From NCBI GenBank assembly GCA_015067435.1, contig SVMM01000015.1, positions 2,868 to 26,867 of the forward strand: a stretch of 24,000 bases of DNA. Reading direction: 5' to 3'. This DNA is from Oscillospiraceae bacterium. GTDB taxonomy: Bacteria > Bacillota > Clostridia > Oscillospirales > Oscillospiraceae. The notes under the pieces were generated by a model. The model saw only the letters and a program-made list of their open reading frames with translations. It was not told where the DNA came from and searched no databases. The translations under genes and the position numbers were made by a program. Below are positions 8,269 to 16,078 of this stretch, in pieces; within the stretch, counting starts at the first letter, position 1; each line of letters opens with the position of its first letter.

Positions 8269-9501
8269 ATGCCGGAGCAGCCGCAGACGATCTTCAGCGT
8301 GTCCGAGGCGAACAATTTCATCAAGGCGCTGCTCGACGGCGTGCCGCAGCTGCGGGAGATCTTCGTGCGCGGCGAGATCTCCAACTACAAGGTCTACCCC
8401 TCCGGACACCACTATTTCTCGCTCAAGGACGCGGAGGGGGCGCTGCGCTGCGTCATGTTCCGCGGCAGCGCGTCCTCGCTCCGCTTCCGGCCGGAGAACG
8501 GCATGAAGGTCATCGCCTTCGGGCGCATCTCGGTCTTTCCACGCGATGGCTCGTACCAGCTCTACGTCAGCGAGCTGACCGCCGAGGGCGCGGGCGACCT
8601 GCACGTCGCCTTTGAACAGCTCAAGGCGAAGCTCGACGCAGAGGGGCTGTTCGATCCGGCGCACAAGAAGCCCCTGCCGCGCTATCCGAAGACCATCGCC
8701 ATCGTCACGTCCTCCGCGGGTGCGGCGGTGCACGACATGATCCGCATTCTCGGCGCGCGCTGGCCGCAGAGCAGGATCGTGCTGCTGCCCGTGCGGGTAC
8801 AGGGCGCCGAGGCGCCGCCGGAGATCGCCGGCGCGCTGCGCTACGCGAACAAATGGCGCGTGGCGGACGTCATCATCACCGGGCGCGGCGGCGGCTCGAT
8901 GGAGGATCTGTGGGCGTTCAACGACGAGCGCGTCGCCCGCGCGATCTACGATTCCGTGATCCCGGTCATCAGCGCGGTGGGGCATGAGCCGGACGTCACG
9001 ATTGCCGACTACGTCGCCGACGCGCGCGCATCGACGCCGTCCAACGCCGCGGAGATCGCTGTCCCGGACCAAAACGAGCTGCGGCGCGCGCTCGAGACCC
9101 TTTCCGGACGCATGGAGCAGAGCGAACGGGCTCGGCTGGACGCGCTGCGCAATCGCCTGAATGAGCTTGCGGCGAAGCGCGTGCTGACGGACCCGACGGC
9201 GTTCATCGCGGACAAGCGGCTGCTGCTGGACTACACGCAGAAAACCCTTGCCGCCCTCGCGGAGAAGCAGCTCGCGGAGCGCCAGCGGCGGTTCGCGGCG
9301 CTGTGCGCCTCGCTTGACGCGCTCAGCCCGCTCAAGGTGCTCAGCCGCGGCTACGCCATGGCGCGGGGAGCGGACGGGCAGGTCATCCGCCGGGCGAAGG
9401 ATGTCGCGGTGGGCGAAAAAATAGACTTAACGCTCGGAGAGGGCAGACTCGGCTGTGTGGTGGAATCGCGCGAGACGGGAGGAGGACAGGCAAATGGCTA
9501 A
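8269..9501 (+). CDS. xseA: Exodeoxyribonuclease VII large subunit
   Basis: 'FSVSEANNFIKALLDGVPQLREIFVRGEISNYKVYPSGHHYFSLKD', 'VTSSAGAAVHDMIRIL', 'GRGGGSMEDLWAFNDE', 'SAVGHEPDVTIADYVAD'. Confidence 0.97.
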   Translation: MPEQPQTIFSVSEANNFIKALLDGVPQLREIFVRGEISNYKVYPSGHHYFSLKDAEGALRCVMFRGSASSLRFRPENGMKVIAFGRISVFPRDGSYQLYVSELTAEGAGDLHVAFEQLKAKLDAEGLFDPAHKKPLPRYPKTIAIVTSSAGAAVHDMIRILGARWPQSRIVLLPVRVQGAEAPPEIAGALRYANKWRVADVIITGRGGGSMEDLWAFNDERVARAIYDSVIPVISAVGHEPDVTIADYVADARASTPSNAAEIAVPDQNELRRALETLSGRMEQSERARLDALRNRLNELAAKRVLTDPTAFIADKRLLLDYTQKTLAALAEKQLAERQRRFAALCASLDALSPLKVLSRGYAMARGADGQVIRRAKDVAVGEKIDLTLGEGRLGCVVESRETGGGQANG

Positions 9502-9745
9502 GACGGAGAAGAAAACCTTTGAGGAGAGCATCGCGCGTCTGGAGGAGATCGTCGGCGCGCTCGAAAAGGGCGACGCGAAGCTGGCGGACTCGCTCAAGCT
9601 GTTTGAGGAGGGCACCAAGCTCGCCACGGACTGCGGAAAGATGCTCGACGAGGCGGAGCAGAAGGTGGTCAAGCTGTCCAAGGGCGCGGACGGCGCCCCG
9701 GTGGAGAGCGACTTTACCGGCGAGGCGGAGGGAAATGGAAGATAA
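9494..9745 (+). CDS. xseB: Exodeoxyribonuclease VII small subunit
   Basis: '[36 protein letters not shown]'; overlaps the xseA end. Confidence 0.95.
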   Translation: MAKTEKKTFEESIARLEEIVGALEKGDAKLADSLKLFEEGTKLATDCGKMLDEAEQKVVKLSKGADGAPVESDFTGEAEGNGR

Positions 9746-10616
9746 GCTGTTTCGGGAGCGGTACGACGCGTACCGCGAGGCGGTGGAAGCGTATCTGGAC
9801 AAGCTGTTCACCGGCGATGTTCCATGGCAGGAACTCTATAAGTCTATGCGTTACAGCCTGCTGTCCGGCGGAAAACGCATCCGGCCGGTGCTGACGCTGG
9901 AGTGCGCGCGCCTCGGCGGGATACGCGACTGGAAATACGCGCTGCCCTTCGCCTGCGCGCTGGAGCTGGTGCACACCTACTCCCTGATCCACGACGATCT
10001 GCCGTGCATGGACGACGACGCGCTGCGCCGCGGCAAGCCGACGAACCACGTCGTTTTCGGCGAGACGATGGCGACGCTCGCGGGCGACGCGCTGCAGGCG
10101 GAGGCGTACCGCCTGATCGCCGAGGCGCCGAAGCTCTCCAAAACGGCGAAGCTGGACGCGGTGTGGTCGCTCGCGTGGGCGAGCGGCGCGAACGGCATGG
10201 TGGCGGGGCAGGTGCTCGACCTGACGGACTTCGGCCATGACCGCGAGACGCTGACGACGCTGTGCGACCGCAAGACCTGCTTTATGATTAAGGCCGCGGC
10301 GGAGCTGGGCTGCGCGGCGGCGAACGCGTCGGGCGAGCTGACGGCCGCGCTGGCGCGGTACGCCTCGCTTCTGGGGCTTGCGTTCCAGATTCGGGACGAC
10401 CTGCTCGACGTGATCGGCGACGAGGCGACCTTCGGCAAGCCCATCGGTTCGGACAGGGACGAGGGAAAAACGACCTTTGTCGACCTGCTCGGCGCGGACG
10501 GGTGCGCGTCGGAGGTCGAACGGCTGACGGACGAGGCGGTCGCGGCGCTTGACGGTATACCGGATACGGCGTTCCTGATCGAGTTGGCGCGACGGCTCAC
10601 AACGCGCACGAAATAG
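9735..10616 (+). CDS. ispA: Polyprenyl/farnesyl diphosphate synthase
   Basis: First Asp-rich motif '[22 protein letters not shown]', 'GDALQAEAY', 'GQVLDL', second motif '[20 protein letters not shown]'. ATG 9735 overlaps xseB. Confidence 0.95.
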   Translation: MEDKLFRERYDAYREAVEAYLDKLFTGDVPWQELYKSMRYSLLSGGKRIRPVLTLECARLGGIRDWKYALPFACALELVHTYSLIHDDLPCMDDDALRRGKPTNHVVFGETMATLAGDALQAEAYRLIAEAPKLSKTAKLDAVWSLAWASGANGMVAGQVLDLTDFGHDRETLTTLCDRKTCFMIKAAAELGCAAANASGELTAALARYASLLGLAFQIRDDLLDVIGDEATFGKPIGSDRDEGKTTFVDLLGADGCASEVERLTDEAVAALDGIPDTAFLIELARRLTTRTK

Positions 10617-10620
10617 GACA

Positions 10621-10648
10621 AAACGGAGGCTGCCGGCCTCCGTTTTTT
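10621..10648 (+). terminator. Intrinsic terminator after ispA, upstream of the OLE RNA
   Basis: AAACGGAGGC-TGCCG-GCCTCCGTTT, 10-bp stem with T6. Confidence 0.92.
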
Positions 10649-10682
10649 GTTTGAAATTTTCGTGAATATTCGGATGAATATC

Positions 10683-10711
10683 TTGTATATTTGCAAAAAA
10701 ACATGTATAAT
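10683..10711 (+). promoter_or_regulatory. Strong sigma-A type (extended -10) promoter driving the OLE RNA
   Basis: TTGTAT (10683-10688), 17-nt spacer, TG-TATAAT (TATAAT 10706-10711). Confidence 0.8.
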
Positions 10712-10716
10712 ACCAT

Positions 10717-11370
10717 ACTGCTGAACAGCGGCGCAGTATCCTAGTCAGATCTGCCGTCTCCTAAGAAGGGCCTAAAAATCCTTTAAAGGGCACAACTGTG
10801 AAACCTTTGGTGCCTGCTTCTTACGCCCAGTTTGGGGTGGGTGCTGAAGGGAGGCTATGCCTTTCGTCGTTTCGGAAGCGGAGCCTGCGGATCCCGGGCG
10901 TCCCCTAATGGCATGGGGGATACGACCCTGTTTCCGTGGAGACCCGCCCTCGTGCCGGGCGTAATCCCGCAAGGGTAAAGCGACCCTGGTACGGAGCGGG
11001 CTATGAACCCGTGTTGCGGTGCTAAGCGGCATAAGTGCCGTGAACGCTGTGCGCGGAGTAGCCTGCCTTGCGTGGCGCCGGCGAATCGGAGAATACAACC
11101 AAATCCCCCGGCCAGGGGAGAGGGCGATCGCTCCGTGAAACCGTCGCTGCAAAAGAGGCTAAGAGACGGTTCGACTGCGGCGGAAATCGCCTAGGCTGTC
11201 CTTTGGGGCAGGGCGGGGATTACAGTGCGGACTAAGTGGCAATCGGGTACCGCGCGTCGGCGACGGCGCGGCACGCCCCTCAAAGGGGAACCACCTGACC
11301 GGCAACGGGAGGCGGGGCGTGGGGAAAGCCAACCCGACCAAAGCCGTAGGATTACCTCGCTCTGCTGCCG
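10717..11370 (+). ncRNA. ole: OLE RNA (Ornate, Large, Extremophilic), ends approximate
   Basis: ~650-nt stretch without a supported ORF, rich in hairpins and GNRA/purine-rich loops (e.g. GGTGGGTGCTGAAGGGAGGCTATGCC..., ACTAAGTGGCAATCGGG..., CCCCTCAAAGGGG, CCTGACCGGCAACGG), with its own promoter, between ispA and the oapA-like gene followed by dxs, the classic genomic location of OLE. Confidence 0.88.
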
Positions 11371-11432
11371 CTTTTCAGCTCCAATTATCAGATTCATTTC
11401 ACGCCTGCGGGTGCGAAATCAAGGAGAGACCC

Positions 11433-11993
11433 ATGAAAAAGGAAGAGGCAAAACCGCGAAGTTATTCCCGCTGGGTGATCCGGATCTTTCTGATGTCCGT
11501 GGCGCTCTCGGCGGTGCTGAGCACCGCGTCGGGCATTGCGCTGGAGGACGCGGGCTATCCGCTGGCGGTGCTGGTGCTGGTTTTGTTCGTGCTGCTCGGC
11601 ATCGTGTTCGACGTGGTCGGCGTCGCGGTGACGGCGGCGGACGCGAAGCCGTTCCACTCCATGGCGGCACACCGGGAAAGGGGCGCGAAGGAAGCGCTTT
11701 TTTTGCTGCGAAACGCCGAGAAGGCGTCCAGCTTCTGCAACGATGTCGTGGGCGACATCTGCGGCATCGTCAGCGGCTCCACCGCGGCGGTGATCGTGCT
11801 GCGCCTGCAAAGCACGTTCGACACGCAGAGCATTTTTATCTCCATCGCCGTCACCGCGCTGATCTCCGGCCTGACCATCGGCGGCAAGGCGATCGGCAAA
11901 AAGCTGGCGCTGGACAGGAGCACGCAGGTGGTATTCACCACGGCGAAGCTGCTGCATTTCCTCCACATCGGCAATCAGGACAACAAGAGGTAG
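11433..11993 (+). CDS. oapA: OLE-associated protein A (OapA)-like multi-pass membrane protein
   Basis: Directly downstream of the OLE candidate; ~186 aa with several TM segments, 'SYSRWVIRIFLMSVALSAVLSTASGIALE', 'VLVLFVLLGIVFDVVGVAVTAADAKPFHSMAAHRERGAKEALFLLRNAEKASSFCNDVVGDICGIVSG', 'KLLHFL'. RBS AAGGAGAG. Confidence 0.87.
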   Translation: MKKEEAKPRSYSRWVIRIFLMSVALSAVLSTASGIALEDAGYPLAVLVLVLFVLLGIVFDVVGVAVTAADAKPFHSMAAHRERGAKEALFLLRNAEKASSFCNDVVGDICGIVSGSTAAVIVLRLQSTFDTQSIFISIAVTALISGLTIGGKAIGKKLALDRSTQVVFTTAKLLHFLHIGNQDNKR

Positions 11994-11997
11994 AACA

Positions 11998-13845
11998 TTG
12001 ATTTTGGAGCATATTCAAACCCCGTCGGACGTCAAGGCGCTCAATCGGCAGCAGACGGAGCTTCTGTGCCGGGAGCTTCACACGTTCCTGCTGGAGAGCA
12101 TCGCGGAGACGGGCGGACATCTCGCCTCGAACCTCGGCGCGGTCGAGCTGACGGTCGCGATCCACCGCGTGTTCGACACCGCGCGCGACCGTCTGGTGTT
12201 CGACGTGGGGCACCAGTGCTACGCCCACAAGGCGCTGACCGGGCGCATGGCGCAGTTTCCGACGCTGCGGCAGTACGGCGGGCTTTCGGGCTTCCCGAAG
12301 CCGAACGAGAGCGTGCACGACGCGTTCGTCGCGGGGCACGCGTCCAACTCGGTGTCCGTCGCGCTCGGTATGGCGCGCGCGCGCACGCTGCTGGGCGAGG
12401 ACTATTCCGTGCTGGCGCTCATCGGGGACGGCGCGCTCTCGGGCGGGCTTGCCTACGAGGGGCTGAACAACGCCGGCGCGTCGGGCGAGCCGCTGATCGT
12501 CATTCTCAATGACAACGGGATGTCGATCTCCCGCAACGTCGGCGCGATGAGCGCGCATCTCTCGCGCCTGCGGAGCAAGCCGGCGTACTACGAGTTTAAA
12601 AAGAACTATCGCCGCGTCCTGCTCGGCAGCAAGCCGGGCAAGACGCTCTATGCCTTTAACCACCGGGTCAAGAACACCGTCAAGAACGCGCTGCTGCCCA
12701 ACGCCACCATGTTTGAGGACATGGGCTTCACCTACCTCGGCCCCGTGGACGGTCACGACGAGGAGCAGGTGGAGCATGTGCTGGAATGGGCGAAGGAGCT
12801 CCGCCGCCCCGTGCTCGTGCACGTGCGCACGGTCAAGGGCAAGGGCTATGGGCCCGCGGAGCGCGAACCGGGACGCTGGCACGGCGTGGGACCCTTCGAC
12901 GTCGCGACCGGAGAGATCCGGGAGGGCGGGACGTCGTTCTCGTCCGTGTTCGGCGAGGAGATGTGCGCGCTTGCCGCGGAGGAGCCGCGCCTTTGCGCCA
13001 TCACCGCGGCGATGGCGGACGGAACGGGCCTCACGGAGTTCGCCGAACGCTATCCCAGGCGCTTTTTCGACGTCGGCATCGCGGAGGCTCAGGCCGCGGC
13101 GATGGCGGCGGGCATGGCGAAGCAGGGATTGATCCCCGTGTTCGCCGTGTACTCCACATTTTTGCAGCGCGCCTACGACCAGCTGATCCACGATACGGCG
13201 CTCAGCGGCCTGCACGTCGTGTTCGCCGTGGACCGCTCCGGCTTCGTCGGCGCGGACGGGGAGACGCACCACGGCATCTTCGACGCGACGTTTCTCTCCG
13301 ATATCCCGAACATGACCGTGCTGTGTCCGGCGAGCTTTGCCGAGCTGCGCGCCATGCTGCGCCGCGCCGTGCTTGAGATCGACGGCCCCGTTGCCATCCG
13401 CTACCCGCGCGGCGGGGAGGAGGGCTATACCGACGACCGCAGCGAGGGCGCGTTCGCAACGCTTCGCGAGGGCGCGGACGTCACGCTCTGCGCCTACGGC
13501 ACGATGGTGAACAGCGTGCTCGGCGCGGCGGAGCTGCTGGAAAAGCAGGGCATTTCGGCGAGCGTCGTCAAGGTGAACCGCATCTCGCCGTTTATCGACG
13601 CGGACGTGCGCAAGACCTTCGCGGGGACGAAAAAGCTGATCGTCGCCGAGGAGTGCGCCAGCGTCGGCTGCGTCGGACAGAGACTTGCGGCAATATTGAC
13701 TGAGGAAGGAACACCGCTCGAAAAACTATATTTGTGCAATCTCGGCAAGCGTTTTCCGCCCCACGGCGGCGCGGAACAACTGCGTAAGGCTTTCCAATTG
13801 GACGCTGAGTCTATTGCCAAGCGCACGATCGAGGTGATCCGATGA
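11998..13845 (+). CDS. dxs: 1-deoxy-D-xylulose-5-phosphate synthase (apparent TTG start)
   Basis: 'GGHLASNLGAVELTVAIHRVFD...DRLVFDVGHQCYAHKALTGR', 'GLSGFPK..ESVHDAFVAGHASNSVSVALGMA', 'VLALIGDGALSGGLAYEGLNNAG', 'MSISRNVG'. Confidence 0.96.
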   Translation: MILEHIQTPSDVKALNRQQTELLCRELHTFLLESIAETGGHLASNLGAVELTVAIHRVFDTARDRLVFDVGHQCYAHKALTGRMAQFPTLRQYGGLSGFPKPNESVHDAFVAGHASNSVSVALGMARARTLLGEDYSVLALIGDGALSGGLAYEGLNNAGASGEPLIVILNDNGMSISRNVGAMSAHLSRLRSKPAYYEFKKNYRRVLLGSKPGKTLYAFNHRVKNTVKNALLPNATMFEDMGFTYLGPVDGHDEEQVEHVLEWAKELRRPVLVHVRTVKGKGYGPAEREPGRWHGVGPFDVATGEIREGGTSFSSVFGEEMCALAAEEPRLCAITAAMADGTGLTEFAERYPRRFFDVGIAEAQAAAMAAGMAKQGLIPVFAVYSTFLQRAYDQLIHDTALSGLHVVFAVDRSGFVGADGETHHGIFDATFLSDIPNMTVLCPASFAELRAMLRRAVLEIDGPVAIRYPRGGEEGYTDDRSEGAFATLREGADVTLCAYGTMVNSVLGAAELLEKQGISASVVKVNRISPFIDADVRKTFAGTKKLIVAEECASVGCVGQRLAAILTEEGTPLEKLYLCNLGKRFPPHGGAEQLRKAFQLDAESIAKRTIEVIR

Positions 13846-14645
13846 GCGGGAAGAAACGGCTGGATATACTGCTGGTGGAGCGCGGCCTTGCCGAGACGCG
13901 GCAGAAGGCGCAGGCGACCATTATGAGCGGGATCGTGTACGTCAACGGACAGAAGGCGGACAAGGCGGGCTTTCCCACGGCGGAGGACGCGGAGGTCGAG
14001 GTGCGCGGCAACGTGCTGCCCTATGTGAGCCGCGGGGGACTGAAGCTCGAAAAGGCGATGAACGCCTTTGACCTGGCGCTGGACGGCTTTGTCTGCGCGG
14101 ATATCGGTGCCTCGACCGGCGGGTTTACCGACTGCATGCTCCAAAACGGCGCGCAGAAGGTCTACACCGTCGACGTCGGCTACGGGCAGCTTGACTGGAA
14201 GCTGCGAAACGACCCGCGTGTCGTGTGTCTGGAGCGGACGAACGCGCGCTATCTCACGCATGAGCAGGTGCCGGACGAGCTGGACTTTGCCTCGATCGAC
14301 GTCTCGTTCATCTCGCTGCGGCTGATCCTGCCCGCGGTCTGCGGGCTTTTGAAGGACGGCGGGCACGTCGCCTGCCTCGTCAAGCCGCAGTTTGAGGCGG
14401 GACGGGAAAAGGTCGGGAAAAAGGGCGTCGTCCGCGATCCCGCCGTGCATCGGGAGGTGCTGGAGCACTTCCTGGAGCACGCGCGCGAGAGCGGCTTCGG
14501 CGTGTTCGGCCTGACGTGGTCGCCCATCCGCGGACCGGAGGGAAACATCGAATATCTGGGCTTTCTGGAGAAGGGCGCGCAGACGGAGGCGAATTTCGAT
14601 CTGGACGAGCTGGTGCGCCTGTCCCACGCGGAGCTGGACGCGTGA
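13842..14645 (+). CDS. tlyA: TlyA family rRNA methyltransferase / putative hemolysin
   Basis: S4-like N-terminus 'RLDILLVERGLAETRQKAQATIMSGIVYVNGQKADKAG', then 'SRGGLKLEKAM', 'CADIGASTGGFTDCMLQNGAQKVYTVDVGYGQLDWKLRNDPRVV'. Confidence 0.95.
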   Translation: MSGKKRLDILLVERGLAETRQKAQATIMSGIVYVNGQKADKAGFPTAEDAEVEVRGNVLPYVSRGGLKLEKAMNAFDLALDGFVCADIGASTGGFTDCMLQNGAQKVYTVDVGYGQLDWKLRNDPRVVCLERTNARYLTHEQVPDELDFASIDVSFISLRLILPAVCGLLKDGGHVACLVKPQFEAGREKVGKKGVVRDPAVHREVLEHFLEHARESGFGVFGLTWSPIRGPEGNIEYLGFLEKGAQTEANFDLDELVRLSHAELDA

Positions 14646-14694
14646 CGCGCTGTGCCGCATTCTATATTTCATGGAATCAATTGGAGGGGAAACG

Positions 14695-15564
14695 ATGCTG
14701 AAAAAGGTGATCCTCTGTCCCAATCCCTATCGCGACACGGAATTGAAAGTCGCAAAAGAGGCTAAGTCGATATTGGACGAGGTGGGCTGCCCCAACGTGG
14801 TGTGTATCCCGTTCCGCGGCAGCGAGGAGCCGGAGGGCTACGGTCTGGAGATCCGTCCGCTCCAACAGGAGCTGCGCGGCGCGGACATGCTGATCTCCTT
14901 CGGCGGCGACGGGACGATCCTGCATCTGTCCAAGACTGCCGCGCACCGGGACATTCCGGTGCTGGGCATCAACCTCGGCAGCCTCGGCTTCATGGCGGAG
15001 CTGGAGCAGAAGGAGCTGCACAAGCTGCGCGCGCTGTGCGAGGAGAAGTACATCGTCGAAAGCCGCATGATGCTGGACGTCTGCGTCCGGCGCGACGGAC
15101 GCGTCATCTACTCCGGCCTCGCGCTCAACGAGGCGCTGATCGCCCGCGGCAACGTCTCGCGCGTGATCCGGCTGCACATCTTTACGGAGAGCGGCAAGCT
15201 GGTGGATGTGGCGGGCGACGGCGTGGTGGTCGCCACGCCGACCGGCTCGACGGCGTATTCCCTCAGCGCGGGCGGCCCCGTGGTGGAGCCGACGGCGCGG
15301 AACTTTGTCGTCAGCCCCATCTGCGCGCACAGCATCCACGCGAATTCCTATGTGCTCTCGCCGGAGCGCACGATCACGGTGCAGACGGAGGCGACCGGCT
15401 ACAAGCCCGTCGTGCTGTCGGTGGACGGCGGCCGCGCGTTCTCGCTGCGCCACGGCGACGCGGTGGAGATCACGCGCTCGCGCTACGACACCAAGCTCGT
15501 GCGGCTGGAAAACCGCAGCTTCTGCGAGGTGCTGCAAAGGAAGATGCTGGGGCTCGTCGAGTAG
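14695..15564 (+). CDS. nadK: NAD kinase
   Basis: 'DMLISFGGDGTILHLSKTAAHRDIPVLGINLGSLGFMAELE', 'GDGVVVATPTGSTAYSLSAGGPVVEP', 'LSPERTITVQ'. ATG 14695 has RBS GGAGGGGA. Confidence 0.96.
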   Translation: MLKKVILCPNPYRDTELKVAKEAKSILDEVGCPNVVCIPFRGSEEPEGYGLEIRPLQQELRGADMLISFGGDGTILHLSKTAAHRDIPVLGINLGSLGFMAELEQKELHKLRALCEEKYIVESRMMLDVCVRRDGRVIYSGLALNEALIARGNVSRVIRLHIFTESGKLVDVAGDGVVVATPTGSTAYSLSAGGPVVEPTARNFVVSPICAHSIHANSYVLSPERTITVQTEATGYKPVVLSVDGGRAFSLRHGDAVEITRSRYDTKLVRLENRSFCEVLQRKMLGLVE

Positions 15565-15605
15565 CGCCGCACAAAGGAAAACCGGTTTGACGGAGAGGTG
15601 CAGGC

Positions 15606-16058
15606 ATGAAAAACAACAGGCAGGAACAGATCCTCGATATCGTTACCAGCGAGTCGGTCGAAACGCAGGAGCAGCTGATCGAGCGGCTGCGGGAGCGCGG
15701 CGTGGAGTGCACGCAGGCGACAGTTTCACGCGACATCAAGCAGCTCCGGCTGGTCAAGGAGCCTGTCGGCGGGGGACACTACCGCTACGCGCTTTCCACC
15801 GAGCGGGAGAAGCTCGGCTACGCCGAGCGGCTGCATACGATCCTGCGCGAGAGCTTTGTCAGCGTGGACAGCGCGCGGAACATCGTCGTGCTCAAGACGA
15901 TGCCGGGGCTTGCCGGCGCGGCGGGCTCGATGTTCGACGGCATGAGCGACCCGCGCATCGTCGGCAGCCTGGCCGGCGATGACACGGTGATGATCGTCAT
16001 GCGCGACGAGAACGGCGCGCAGAACCTCCGCAAGGAGATCGAGGCTATGAGAAAGTAA
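15606..16058 (+). CDS. argR: Arginine repressor ArgR/AhrC family
   Basis: 'IVTSESVETQEQLIERLRERGVECTQATVSRDIKQLRLVKEPVGGGHYRYAL', 'NIVVLKTMPGLAGAAGSMFD.M..PRIVGSLAGDDTVMIVMRDE'. Confidence 0.94.
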   Translation: MKNNRQEQILDIVTSESVETQEQLIERLRERGVECTQATVSRDIKQLRLVKEPVGGGHYRYALSTEREKLGYAERLHTILRESFVSVDSARNIVVLKTMPGLAGAAGSMFDGMSDPRIVGSLAGDDTVMIVMRDENGAQNLRKEIEAMRK

Positions 16059-16078
16059 ACGAAACGGAGGCAGCGCGT

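Noticed and set aside
10772-11152. Antisense 126-aa ORF and short sense ORFs (e.g. 11003-11194) in the OLE region
   Set aside because: Low-complexity Arg/Pro-rich composition, no RBS, and the segment is better explained as structured RNA.
11225-12001. 258-aa ORF on + overlapping the OLE 3' end and oapA
   Set aside because: Out of frame with the convincing membrane protein OapA-like ORF; Arg/Gly-rich translation typical of GC-rich alternative frames.
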